DNA of 64,000 bases from Octopus sinensis (Eukaryota): the NCBI RefSeq assembly GCF_006345805.1, contig NC_043016.1, forward strand, positions 22,134,001-22,198,000, read 5' to 3'. This document shows, piece by piece, positions 39,122 to 52,430 of the stretch. Within the stretch, counting starts at the first letter, position 1, and every line of letters starts with the position of its first letter. The notes under the pieces are model-generated. The model saw nothing but the letters and a program-made list of their open reading frames with translations. It had not been told where the DNA came from and did no database searches. A program made the position numbers and the translations under genes.

Positions 39122-39475
39122 AAAATTGATAAATAAAAGTATGCTTGTACATGTGCATGTTCTATTTGAATATATGTATATCCGCATATGTATGTCTTTG
39201 TCCATATGTATCTTTATCATATATGCACATAGCATCATCATCATCATCATCAACATTTAACGTCCATTTTCCATGCTAGCATGGGGTAAGGTGTGTGTAT
39301 GTATTTTTATAAATATGTGTGTATATATATGTATGTATGTATAAAAATTGATCAGATAAAAGAAGTGAGTGAATGAATGTGTTTTCTATTTGTTGACACT
39401 GTTTCCTAATCCATGTTGGTTACATAATCAAAACTACACTTTCTGCTACACATATATAAATAAATTTGCATATAA

Positions 39476-39530
<55 letters not shown>

Positions 39531-40539
39531 CAATTGTGCTATAACATTATAAACAGACTGCTCTTCAGAACATTCATGGCAAGTTAAAGCATCAACTCTG
39601 CTACAAAGAGCAAATAGTCTCATTATATGTTCATAAACATGTTGAGGAAGTAATGATCAATGACCATTGATCAAAATATAAGTTTGCTCTGCAACTTCTT
39701 AATTCTAAGGTCTATTCCACTGAGTGACATCTAGGGTTCTATAGTTTTAGGTCAACAATGCTTTGTGAATCAAATTGATAGATGGAAACTGTATGGAACC
39801 TCGTCACATAAATGCATGTGTGTGTGTGTGCATGAATGTTGAATTTCATGTTTCCATTTATCATCTCCTGAGCAAAACAGTAATGCTATGTTTACCTTCT
39901 CAGTTAACACTACATCTTGTCATTCTATGCTTTTGTTAGTCATGATTCAAAAAGGTATGGCTTGACAAGAGCAAGGGCATCTGCCCACTAAATACTGCCT
40001 CAAATAAGTCTCCATCCAACCAATGAAAAATGGATGAAAAATTAACAAGTAAGTGAATATATACATGAAGCATGTGTGTATGTATGTATGAACATACATA
40101 CACACATGCATGCATACATACACACACACATATATAAATACATACATACATGATGTTCAGTTAAATTTGACAACTTCTTCAGGAACAGCTTGATATATTG
40201 GCATTATATAATGGCATTAGAGAGCATAAAGATTAAAGTTGTACTTGAGAAAAAGTTAGGTGACATGGAGAACTGAAAACTATCTGAATACTGGAAAAAG
40301 TTACCTGTATCATGATGATTTGTGCTAATGTAAACATTAGTGATCTCACATGGTGTGTGTGTTTTGATTAAATGCTTACTTGCTATGAGATAGTGTCCAG
40401 GAAAAGTTCCCTACACAATACCAAGTGTTAAACAACACTGAATATCACAGACCAGGCAAGACAACTCACCTTCACTGACTGAGAATGGTAGATACCAAAG
40501 TTTTCCTATTATTGTGACTTGTCCATATGATGGACTTAC

Positions 40540-40612
40540 ATCATCTCAAAACAAAGTGAATTACTGGCCATGGGCTTATATGCAAATAGGGTGATGTCTA
40601 TTTGCTTGTATG
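40540..40612 (-). other. Candidate 5' UTR exon of the minus-strand gene
   Basis: Acceptor tgtgctataccacag| and donor GAT|GTAAGT; 73 nt; contains an upstream ATG. Confidence 0.4.
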
Positions 40613-40788
40613 CTGTGGTATAGCACATGTAAAATATAATTAAATTACATATATAAAGGCTAACACTCATAACTCTCAGTTCTTGAGTTACTCTGTAACT
40701 TCTGCCAATTATTAATAAAAAACATTCATACATTTATATACCCGTTTTTAAATTCTATTTTTCTTGTTTGTATCACCAAACGTTTGTA

Positions 40789-40839
<51 letters not shown>

Positions 40840-41299
40840 GGATAAGGCCTGCTTTTCTGTCTATGTATGTATATATACCACATTAGAAATGAGACTCTGT
40901 TTTTCTACTGCATTATTTTAGTGGAAACAGTACATTGTGGTTTTAAAACGTATCCACTATTTCAAAAACAATGTAATTTTAAGTTATTTATGAAATGGAC
41001 ACAATTCGAAATCACACCAAGATATATACAATTCACACATTTGCAAGCTCACAATGAAACACACACATATATATATCAAAAGAAAAAGATACAAATATGA
41101 TGCAAATGAACTGATAATCTGCAACATTATCTTTAGGAAACCAACCAGTCACTTTATCAACTTTCTGGACGCACAAGTCAGATTGATTTCATTCTCACAA
41201 GAAAACGGGATAAATAGATACTTGTGAATTCAAAATATTGCTCAGGTGAAGAATATACAATCTGATCAAGGAAAGGAAGATATGGAAGCTTAAAGACTC

Positions 41300-42170
41300 A
41301 ACAAACAGCTAAGTTCAGAAAAATCCTAGCTGGAGCATTTAACAAAAAGGAGGAAGAGATAGAGATATACAGCATAGAAGGCAATAGACTAAATATGTGA
41401 CTAAATAGTACTAAGTCCCAGTTGGACCAAGAGTAGAACGATAGTAGAACAGTGAAGTTGACAAACCTATAAAAACAAAGACAAGCTTGAAATGACTAGA
41501 AAAATGGAGGCAGCAGAGAATTATACCAGTTTACATGGAGAGAAGCTAGATGTCAGGTTTATGAAGAAAAGTGAGAAGTAGAAAGTAAAACATGAGGATC
41601 AAAATTGTGAGATGTTCCATATTTGAAGATGGCATGTCAGAGAGAATTGAGTTTTGTACGTGGGATATGTGTACAGACAAATCACTTAGTGATTCTGAAA
41701 AGAAAAAGGGATGGAAATGCAGTTATGATAGGTTACTGAAAGTGGAGGAGACATGGGAGAAAGAGGAGCCAGCTATCTTAGTTGGCAGTAGTATGATAAA
41801 TAAAACAAGCATGGAGATGAAGACAAAGCCCTCGTCCATCAGGATTCACAGCTGGAGTAAGAATCCTCTCTACTCTATGTTGTCTTCATTCATTTGATCA
41901 CCTGACTCAGCAAGTTGTCTCATTCTTGGTAGGTGAAAGAGAACTAGAGCAAGAGAGTAATAGAAGAAAGCCAGATTGAGAGAAATGGGGTTCGTGGCAG
42001 AGGAAGTAAAGGATAAGAGTGATAGACAATTCTACATGGTGATTGTTGAAAAGGACATTGAACAGAAATAACATGATTGAGGGAGAGAAAGGGATATGAG
42101 GGAGCACTGGATGGGAGAAAGAGTGAAGGAGGGAGCAATGGTTTGGAAGACTGAGTTTGATGGATGTCAA
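41300..42170 (+). mobile_element. Decayed RTE-type LINE
   Basis: EKKKGWKCSYDRLLKVEETW and other RTE-like remnants in broken frames; parallels 42670-42830. Confidence 0.55.
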
Positions 42171-42669
42171 TAGCGTGATGGAGAGTGAGAAACAATAAGA
42201 GATAGTGATGGATAGATATAATGTGTATGTGTATGCATATGTAGGCATCTATCTATATGTATGTGTATGCATATATATTTATATATAGACTAGCTGGACC
42301 CATGAATATTTCACAGAATTAATGGTAAACTTCTTGAGTCATTTCTGAAAACTTTATCCAGAAAAAACCTGAAAGTACAGCCTGTGTCTGTATTTAAAGG
42401 TAGTTGCATATCTGTTAATCAAGTGAAGGAAATTGGAATACAATGATTACTTAATGCACTTTATATATACACTTTACATACTTTATGCCCAAGTTTATAT
42501 TAACTTAATAAACAATACTCTCTCTCTTTCACTCTCACTCTTTGCCTTACCCTCTTTTTCTTTCACTCTTCACCTTTCCCTTCAACTAATCATGTGAAAG
42601 CATTGCAGACAGACTAAGTAACAGGAGGAAAAAAAAGTTAGTTAAAACCAAAATTACACATTTCATTCA

Positions 42670-43200
42670 CCACTTTGTGATTCTGGAAAGAAACAGGCAT
42701 GGAAGTACTGCTGCAAAAGACTACTTAAAGTGGAGAATGCATGGTAGAAGAAGAGTTTTACTGATGTAGACCCAACAGAGGGACCAGTCATCAGAGTTGA
42801 CAGCAGTATAAAGGATATGAAGACAAGGAAAACCCCTGGCCTGTCAGGAATTACTGCCAAGATGCTTCAAATATCTGATGGAGTGGAACACAGCCTAATC
42901 ACCCATATAGCCAATAATGTTAAGGAAGGTATCATGCCCAATGGCTGGTATAGCAGTATTAAAGTCAACTCTTACAAAGGTAAGGGAGATACCATAAACA
43001 GAAGTAATTACAGAGGTATCAAATTGCTGAACCAGGTGATGAAAGTTACAGAAAGGGTCATTGTTCAACTAATTAGGAAGATAGTAAGTCCAGATGAAAT
43101 ACAGTTTGGTTTTGTATCAAGGAGAAGCATTACTGATGCTATTTTCTCAGTAGGTCAACTGCATCAGAAACATTTAACCAAAAATAAACTGCAGCTATTT
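42670..43200 (+). mobile_element. RTE-type LINE RT N-terminal fragment
   Basis: KTPGLSGI..YKGKGDTINRSNYRGIKLL..EIQFGFVSRRSITDAIF in ORF 42817-43206. Confidence 0.85.
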
Positions 43201-43209
43201 TTATGATTT

Positions 43210-43880
43210 TTCAGATTAATTCTTGGTGTTTTAGTTTTAAGAGGTTTGGTATGTGCACCATGATCCTTCAGAGTTGATGTGGTCTAATGTAAACCTTGGT
43301 GTAAGTTTTCCATTATGATTGAACTTAAACCTATATAGACTAAGGTGTCAGAAGATTTCTTGAGTTCCTTAATGAATGAATTTAATTTTTTTTAAATGGG
43401 GTTCTATACCTATAGGGTACATTGTATACCTGTATCTATAGATTGTATTATATATGCTAGAGGTATAGTGCTTTTATTAAGATTAACTAATTACGTGAAC
43501 ATGTAACACTGGGATTTATTAATCATGTCAATCATTAATGTAGTTAACCTCAAAACAATATAACACTGGAAATATTTTTTCTTGAAAAAGGTTGGCAGCT
43601 GTTCTTTGAAAACGTTTTGATAGGATCAAATATCACGCCCGCTATCTGCCAATATACAAGCATGTTCTACCAGTCCCAACATTTATGAATGAGGTCACTA
43701 AGTTTAATGACATCTTTGGAATAAAACTACCTTTAACTGTTCTTTAATTTACATCACCCTGCCATCAATTCTTAGTGACTGACACCCACTTTACATTTCT
43801 TAGATGTTGGTAATTCTGATTAGAAATTTCACTTGTTAATGTTCTGTTGATTAACTAACATGTCACTGCTTGGTTGAGTT
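43210..43880 (-). mobile_element. Heavily decayed Penelope-like RT fragment
   Basis: Minus strand shows RT-like remnants (ADSGRDI, LDHINSEGSW..YQ region) with many stops; weak. Confidence 0.35.
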
Positions 43881-44016
43881 GTGTAACATATGTGATTTTA
43901 TGTATGTTGTGCATACTATATACTTGATAGTAATATACTTATGTCACAATAAGGACTCTTAATGAAACAGATGTAGTAAAAGTAGATACCCCATTCATCT
44001 GCTTTTATTATATATA

Positions 44017-44055
<39 letters not shown>

Positions 44056-44556
44056 GACATATAAGAGACCAAAGTGTACATATGCAGCTCACAGGGTGGT
44101 TGACGTTAAGAAGGGCATCCAGCTGTAGAAACACTACCAGATCACACTGGAGCCTGGTGCAGCCTCCTGGCTTCCCAGACCCCGGTTGAACCGTCCAACC
44201 TGTGCTAGTACGGAGAACGGACGTTAAACGATGATGATGATGATGATGATATAAAATACAAAATGGGACAAGAACGTAAAACATCCGGACAACAAGGTGG
44301 TGCAAAAAGGGACAACAAGACATCCAGATAGACGATACAAAAAAACAAGGTCGGGTCATTTGAAGCTTTCTATCCTGTCAAGAACCAGATCATCCTTGCA
44401 ATTTTGGCTGATTAATCTTAACATTGCTCCAATCTGGCCAGCCCCAAGGAAAAACTAAGCAAAGAGCATTAGATTCCTTGGAAAAAAGCATCAAATGTAT
44501 ACGAAAACAAGGACGGAAAAACAGATGATGTTACACAAATATAAGTACAAAAATAC

Positions 44557-44596
<40 letters not shown>

Positions 44597-45603
44597 GGAC
44601 ATAACAACAGGTGTCTTTCAACTGGGGACGAATTGAATTCAACTAGTGTGTGTGGAAATGAAGCCTTATGGCAGAGATACAAAACGTTCACGAACACAGG
44701 GAAGAATATCGATGTAGCAGTGACCACAGTCAGATGCAAAAAGAGGGCAAGCATGGACAAGAAAGCAAAACATCTGGACAGTTAGGTGATACAAAAATGG
44801 GACATCAAAACATCCAGATAGACGATACAAAGAAAACAAGAATGGGTCATTCAAAGTTTTCTTTCCTCAGTCAAGTACCCGATTATCTTCGCAATTTCAG
44901 CTGGTTTCAAATTTTGGCACAAGACCAAGAATTTTGAGGGAGGAGTTAAGTTGATTTCATCAACCCCAGTGCTTAACAGGTACTTATTTTATTGACCTTG
45001 AAAGAATGAAAGGCAAAGTCGAATTCAGCAGAATTTTAATTCAGAATGTAAAGACAGACGAAATGCCACTACGTATTTTGAATGTAGATATATATTAACA
45101 GTTGTTCAGTCATTGTCAAATTTGGCAGACAGACAAACTTTCATCATGTATTTATGTAATAAAGTTATACAAACATTCAGAATTAATACCACAGCTGCTT
45201 CAAATTTATATAGCACCAAAATGTCCTTTTTTGTTGAATGTTCAGATGTGGTAAGCCTGTTTTTATTAAGTAGGAAATAAATTATACAAACATAAGTGTT
45301 AGTATTAAAAAAGATGTTTTGTGTTAATCATTAACTATAATATTCTTTACAAAAGCACTTTGATTATTTCATTCCTCAAGTTTTTCGTTGACCCTTGTAA
45401 TCTTTAACCAGTAAATACAAAGTCAAGCAGTTAGCTGAACTCTACATGACATAATGATTTGATCATCTTTTACATCCGGCCTGTCATTGGAAATATAATT
45501 CTTTATTGACTCTCAACCTGCCTCTTTCTTACCCGTTTATTTATCTGTCAAACAACCAATGTAAAACATTTTAATTTAACTCTCACTTATTTTAGTTCTC
45601 TCT

Positions 45604-45661
<58 letters not shown>

Positions 45662-45864
45662 ATATTTCTCTTTCCCTGCTCTTTGCTATTCCATGTAATG
45701 TAATATATAAAACTCACACTTGCTTTAATTCTCACTTGTGTGTATACGTGTATGTATCTATTTTTGTGTATGTGTATGTGCATGGATGTGTGAATGTGTG
45801 TGTGAGAGTGTGAGTGAGTGTGTGTGTGTGTGTGTGTGTGTGCATGCATGTATGTATGTATTTC

Positions 45865-46076
45865 ACTACTGCCCACAAGGGGCTAAACACGGAGGGGACA
45901 AACGGATTATGTCGATTACATCGACCCCAGGGCGTAACTGGTACTTAATTTATCGACCCCGAAAGGATGAAAGGCAAAGTCGACCTCGGCGGAATTTGAA
46001 CTCAGGACGTAACGGCAGACGAAATACGGCTACGCATTTCGCCCGGCAAGCTAACGAGTCTGCCAACTCGCCGCCT
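45865..46076 (-). mobile_element. Young family A SINE
   Basis: Reverse complement of the 850-1076 element, CpGs intact. Confidence 0.85.
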
Positions 46077-47093
46077 TGCATGTATGTATGTGTGTGCACA
46101 CACACATATACATGCATGCATGCGTGTGTGTGCAATTACACATTTAGAAACAAAAAAATATACAGATGTGGAATGTAATTTTATATTATAATAAAATAAT
46201 GGAAAATAGGCATAAGCTTGACTGTGTAGTTAAGAGGCTCACTTTGCAACCATGCCATTTCAAGTTCAATCCTACTGTGCTGTGCCTTTGATAAATATCT
46301 TCTTCTATAGCCCCAGGTCTTGTGAGTGGATTTTGGGGGATGAAAACTGTATGGATACCCATCATGTGCATGTATATGTATGTGTGTGTGTGTGTGTGTG
46401 TGTGCGTGCATGCGTGTGTGTGCGCATATGAGTGTGTATGTGTGCATATGGGTGGGGGTGGGGGTGTCATTGAGTTTATGTTTGTCCCCCACCTCTGTTT
46501 GACAACAGGTGTTGGTTTGTTTATGTCCCCAGAACTTAGCAGTTTGACAAAAGAGACTGATAGAATAAGTAACAGACTTACAAAAATATAAGCCTGGGAA
46601 TAATTTGTTCACCTAAACCCTTCTTGGTGATGCTCCAGCATGGCTGCAGTCCAGTGACTAAAGCAACTCAAACTTTCACAGGTGTTACCTGTCATAGAAT
46701 TGAATGGTCTCATACATAAATCAAAACCTTCCTATGAAAATGTTAATGATTGTAATTAACAGAACATTTGAAATGGAGTTATATGTATAAACTTAACATC
46801 CAAATACATGCAATAGACATTGAGATACATAGACTATGTCTGTCTAAAAGTATGTAAAAATCCTCAGATCTTTAGTAAGTGCTTCTACTTGTTCGTGATA
46901 ACTTTATTATGCTTATAATTAGTAAAGTACACTGCCAACTCAAAGCTTTTTCATCTATAGAAAGTGTGGGTAATTCAAATGTCCTCTGAAAATTCATATA
47001 ATTTGGCTGCAGAATCAGGTTATGTACTACAGAGAATCTTACTCTGATCTGACCTGTATACATGTAATATGTGAAAGCACACATGTATCTGCG

Positions 47094-47130
<37 letters not shown>

Positions 47131-47132
47131 AT

Positions 47133-47703
47133 TCTGTTATGTCTGGGGACAATAGGCAAACACCTTGAAACCTGGGTCCGTATGTGGCATCCGCTTCTTC
47201 GGGGAATGATCTCCCTTTGCAGGCTAGAGGACACCGTGATGGCGTCAGCCCTTCTGGTGACGTTGATGATCGCCTGGGGCTAAATGCATCAGTAACACCC
47301 CCACCGCCCTGCCCTGTCCCTAGCCACATTCGGATGGCTAACGTCCCTTATGTTATGGAGCAGTTACTGTATATACCTCGTTTAGAGAATTATTATTGCT
47401 GTCGAACAGATTTTCTACATCAGTAAATGTATTTACTGTGAAAATCTTTATATAGATAGCCTGCACAGAGAGTCGTTCGTCGAGGGGCGGTGCCTGCCAT
47501 ACGTTGACAATAGGCAAACACCTTGAAAGCTGGGTCCGTATGTGGCATCCGCTTCTTCGGGGAATGATCTCCCTTTGTAGGCTAGAGGACGCCGTGATGG
47601 CGTCAGCCCTTCTGGTGACGTTGATGATCGCCTGGGGCTAAATGCGTCAGTAACACCCCCACCGCCCTGCCCTGTCCCTAGCCACATTCAGATGGCTAAC
47701 GTC

Positions 47704-47710
<7 letters not shown>
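47133..47710. repeat. Two 204-bp direct repeats, LTR-like
   Basis: 47148-47351 and 47506-47709 differ at 5 positions; GC-rich. TGTTATG occurs at 47133 and 47351. Confidence 0.8.
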
Positions 47711-47740
<30 letters not shown>

Positions 47741-49037
47741 AGGAGATTGTTTTCCGCTGCTTAGCTGAGATTCAAAACCAAATCCATACACCTGTTGCTT
47801 ATCTCTATGCTGGGAGATTAATGGGAATAATCTGACCTCCAAAGCCTTCAGTGTTCATAGAAAGGTCAATACTTTGTTTAGGTTTGACTTACTTCCTGAC
47901 CAAACCATATATAACTGATGAAAGGTTTGCTTCTTTCACTTTGATCTTTAGCCAGCTGAGTGACAACATCTTTTGGCCAAATGAAAATGGATAATGCAAT
48001 TCTTACCCTTTCTTCCTCTCTGACAGCAGACTTTTAACTTGGCTTTCCAACACACACATGTTGTTGTCATTGTCATTTACTACAATTACTAAGTTTATGA
48101 TACTGATCACTGTCAGCAAATAAAATCTGTAAATATTATTCTTTTCTCTGCAATGTTGTTATACTGTCTCATCCTGCTTTTGACCATGTACATGTAGTGA
48201 CCCAACATGGAATAAGAATTCCTATTTCTACATCAGGTAACTTCCCATTTGTACACTACAATTGGTAAACTCCCAAGTGGAATCACAATTGTACTCTACA
48301 CACTCACACACTCATAACATACATATATACTACAGCTTCTTTCAGTTTATGTTTACCAAATCCACTCACAAGAATTTGGTTAGCCCAATTCTAAAATAGA
48401 AGACACTTGCCCAAGATACCATGCGGTGGAACTGAACCTCGAAACATGTGGTTCGAAAGCAAGCTTCTTACCATACATTTGGCTCCTCTCATACACAGCT
48501 TCCATCTTGAGTCTTTTGCATTTCAGTCTTCTTATATACTCACATTACACACCCAGTGAAGCTTGCTCACTTCGTTTCTTTTTACTCATTGCAAATTCTC
48601 TGCATTCAAGTCCTATGACTCACTAATATCATACATTGTATACAAGTATCATACAAACAGCTCTTCACTCAGAAGGTGAGTCTTGTTGCAAATACAGATG
48701 GTGGCTACCTGAAATTTTTCTTACCCATTCTTATTCTGGCTATTATGCTTTCAGAGGACCATACACACACGTGCGTGCACATGCGTATGCATGCACACGC
48801 ACACAGATGCACAGAGGGAGAGGGGGAAAGAGAGAGAGAGAGAAGAGCTAATTAAGACACTTAGGTAACAGAAACTATTGAACTTCTAGAAAATTATCTG
48901 GGCATTTGAGTGAGTCTTTTTCCAGGGTTCTCTTTGTACTGAATGACCCTCTGCACCTAGTATAGGAAAAGATTGTGTATATATTTACAAATGTTTGTCT
49001 ACCAGAAGCATAATTATGCCCAGAGTAAAACAATATA

Positions 49038-50525
49038 CATGATCTGATCAATAAGTATCTGGACTGTTGCCATAGTAACAAAGCTAAAGCACACAGAATA
49101 AAGCTGCTTGGCACAGATTGACCTTGAACTCTGCTGTGTATGTGCACTAAGTTTTAACATTCTAGCTCACTTCCACTGTTTACAGCAGTGCTTGGAAGGA
49201 AGGTGTGTAGCATGTGACAAAGTTGAGCAGGGAATCTGCATCAAATTTTGCCAAAAGCTTGGCAATACCTGTTCAAAGGCCTATGCAAAGTTTTCATCAT
49301 TCTTGATACAACCGAGGATATCTTGGGCAACTGAAACCTGAGTTTTTGGTCTGCCAAAAGCAGTTTTGCCACAAACTTGGTAGACATGTTTCATACCCAA
49401 ATCTTCGGTGATAATGGACACAACTGAACTAATCTGCACATCCTCTGATAACTCACAGATGGAGATTCAACGATTTCCCCTCACAGCCACATGCACATCT
49501 GCAATGATTTTCTCAATTCTGCTGATTGCGGGGCTCCTAGAATGTTTGTCAATATCAACAATTTTTTGACCAATTTGGAAATGTCTGAACCACCCATACA
49601 CTCCTCTCCATACACTTTCTGCAACTTTGCATAGGCCTCTGAGCAGGTATCACCATGACAACTTTCTGTCATTGTCAATGCAATAATCAAATGCTACATA
49701 TGTTCCTTCTAAGCACTGTTGTAAACAGTGGAAGTGAGCTAGAATGTTAAAATACAGTGTACATTCACAGCAGAGTCTAAGCATCAGTCTGCTGACCAGT
49801 GGCAGTGTGTGAAATTGTACTGCCACGTGGTGCATATTTTTCTTGCTATGCTTCTTCCTTGTTAGTTGATTTTTGTAGTGGCTGAAATGAAGGAACAGTG
49901 TACTTCCATGAAATTCTGTTTTCTGCTGGGGAAAATGGCAGCTGAAACAGTTGTCATGCTTCAAACAGCTTACAAGGACTCTGCCATGAGCAAAACAAGT
50001 TTACTAGTGGCTTTCATGCTTTAGGAATGGTCACTCGTCACTTGCGGACCAACCTCATTCAGGGCGACAGTCAACCTCCTGAACAAAAGAAAATATCATG
50101 AAAACTCATGAAGTGATTTTGGAGGAATGTTGCCGAACAACTGATGAACTTGTCAATATGACTGGTGTGTCCTGAAGCCCCTGCCAACGAACTTTTAGCA
50201 AGGATTGCTAATGAAAAGAATTGCAGCAAAATTTGTGCCTTGCTTGCTCATGGAAGATCAAAAGCAGCCATGACTGAATGTGTGTTGTGAACTGAAAGAA
50301 CAGTTGTAAGTTGATCTGGACCTTTTTTTTCGAAGGTCATCACTGGTGATGAAAGCTGGTGCTACAGAATTTGCAGATGTGGAAGAGGTGAAGAAAAAAA
50401 TGACAGGCATTAAAAGGCATCACTTCACAAGAGTTCCAGCACTGCTTTGCAAAGTAGAAAATGTGCTTGGACCAGTGCATTGCTTCAAATGGAGAATACT
50501 TTGAAGGTGATAAAAGTGTAAACAT
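49038..50525. mobile_element. Rearranged mariner remnants (sibling of 5224-8648 with an internal inversion, plus a second mariner)
   Basis: TA-CATGATCTGATCAATAAGTATCTGGAC at 49038. 49300-49770 is the reverse complement of about 7880-8360. KFVP and ITGDESW motifs near 50230-50360. Confidence 0.75.
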
Positions 50526-50753
50526 GTAAAACACAGAGTAGATAAAATAGGGGACAATTGATGAAGGGGTTGTTCCTTATGTTGCCTGTCTTGTTTCTCT
50601 ATTTGTTTCTTTCGTTGTTCAAAAGCAAAAGTTTGTTCTCCATGTTTTTGGTTTTTTATGTTCTCACTTTCATTTTGTTCATGTGTTTTTGACATCCTGT
50701 ACCCACATATGCATATATTATTTATATTATATATATATATATAATATATTATT

Positions 50754-50793
<40 letters not shown>

Positions 50794-51110
50794 TCATCAT
50801 CATCATCGTCATCGTTGTTTAACGCCCGCTTTCCATGCTAGCATGGGTTGGACAATTTGACTGAAGACTGGTGAACCAGATGGCTGTGCCAGGCTCCAAT
50901 CTTGAAATTGTGTTTTTTCTTTTTAATGTGTCACCTGCACACCAGCACAAGTACCAGTAACGATCACACTCGAATGCTGCTTTTTACGTGCCACCGGCAC
51001 AAACGCTGGTTAGCTGCTCTGGCAACAATCACGCTCAGATGGTGCTCTTAGTGCTCCACTTGCACGGATGCCAGTCATCAAATTTGATTTTGATTCCAAT
51101 TATATTTATA

Positions 51111-52430
51111 CTAGCAGAATTGCCCGGCGAAGCTCGGGGCTGAATTGCTTGAAAGTACTGTTAATGATTGCACTGAATTATGATGATTATTCAGGCAAAT
51201 ATTGATATAAGTTTACGGTGGGAGATAAGGACTTAACGATCAAACGTGTGCCATTGCATTGTTTTGGGGGAACCAAATTTCTAATGAGCATTATAGGGGC
51301 ACCAACTTTAAGTTTGAGAATGTGTGGTGGTAGTCCGGGGGGCTCAAAGGAATTGAGTACCTCTATTGGATAGTTGATGACATCCTCTGGATTAGGAGTT
51401 GTATCGATAGACTTATATACATCGACATCCCCAGGAATGAGTTTTAACATTTCATCATTAATATGGTGAACAGTTTTATTCCTCGGGGCCAGAATAGCCC
51501 TTTGGCCAATCCAATCCATATTCTGATAATTAGCTTGTAGATCTGGGAACACTGCATCTCTGAGATCAGAAGGCGTTTTAACAATGGTACAAATGGAATC
51601 GATGGCAATATAACCGTTTTCATCCCCTGGTATTTTGCCTTCGCCAAGTGCAAGGAGGGTGTGAGAAAATGCTGCTGATGTGATATTACGTTGCATATGA
51701 GCACGCATATTGGTGTGAAGTTTGAGAGTCTTCACCAGTGGCCACAATGTGGATGACTTAAGTCACGCACTTACTGCATCAGTTCTAGTCCCTTTGGGAA
51801 TAACGGGAAGTGTTTGTCGAAGGTCCCCCGAAAGAAGAAGTGTTATGCCTTCCATGGGAGCTGAAGAATGTTTGATGTCTCTGAGAGATCTATCTAGTGC
51901 CTCAAGAGCACGTCTGTGGGCCATCGTGCATTCATCCCAAACGATAAGCTTGCATCGTCTGAAGACTTCTGCCTGATCAGGGCTGTTACTGATGTTGCAA
52001 GTTGGTGTCTCAGTCTTCGCTAAGTCAAGCGGGAGCTTGAAAGTGGAGTGAGCTGTCCTGCCGCCTGGCAACAAAGTAGCCGCAATTGCAGATGATGCCA
52101 CAGCTAGGGCAATGCCTTGTGTTCGCCTAATCTCAGCCAATATTAATTTGTTGAGAAAAGTTTTCCCAGTGCCCCCAGGAGCATCCAGGAAAAAAATCCT
52201 CCCAGCTTTGGCCCAGACTGAATTAACAACAGAGTTGTAAGCGAACTTCTGTTCTGGAAGGAGCTTTGGCTCATTGTCGGCTATGTACTCGGCAAGCTCA
52301 TCAACATTAAAACATGTGTCACGCAGCAAATGTGAAGACAGAGTGTTTGTGCCTTCCTGGTTTGTTGAAGGTAGGCCATAGACCGGCAAGGCACTACCGC
52401 CCATATCAAGTACAGTATCTTCGAACGTAG
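51111..52430 (-). mobile_element. Helitron fragment: PIF1-family helicase plus canonical 3' terminus
   Basis: FFLDAPGGTGKTF (Walker A), IVWDECTM (Walker B), LSGDLRQTLPVI, LHTNMRA and LKVGAPIMLIRNL..CNGTRL in ORFs 51763-52404 and 51187-51747. The minus end is a CCCGAGCTTCGCCGGG hairpin, then CTAG|T at 51114-51111. Confidence 0.9.

Noticed and set aside
47880-48070. THAP-like domain or coding exon on the minus strand (WPKD...)
   Set aside because: Stops and frameshifts, with no complete C2CH signature or clear acceptor.
51187-52404. Host PIF1 helicase gene
   Set aside because: Intronless, frameshifted, truncated and ending in a Helitron hairpin-CTAG terminus.
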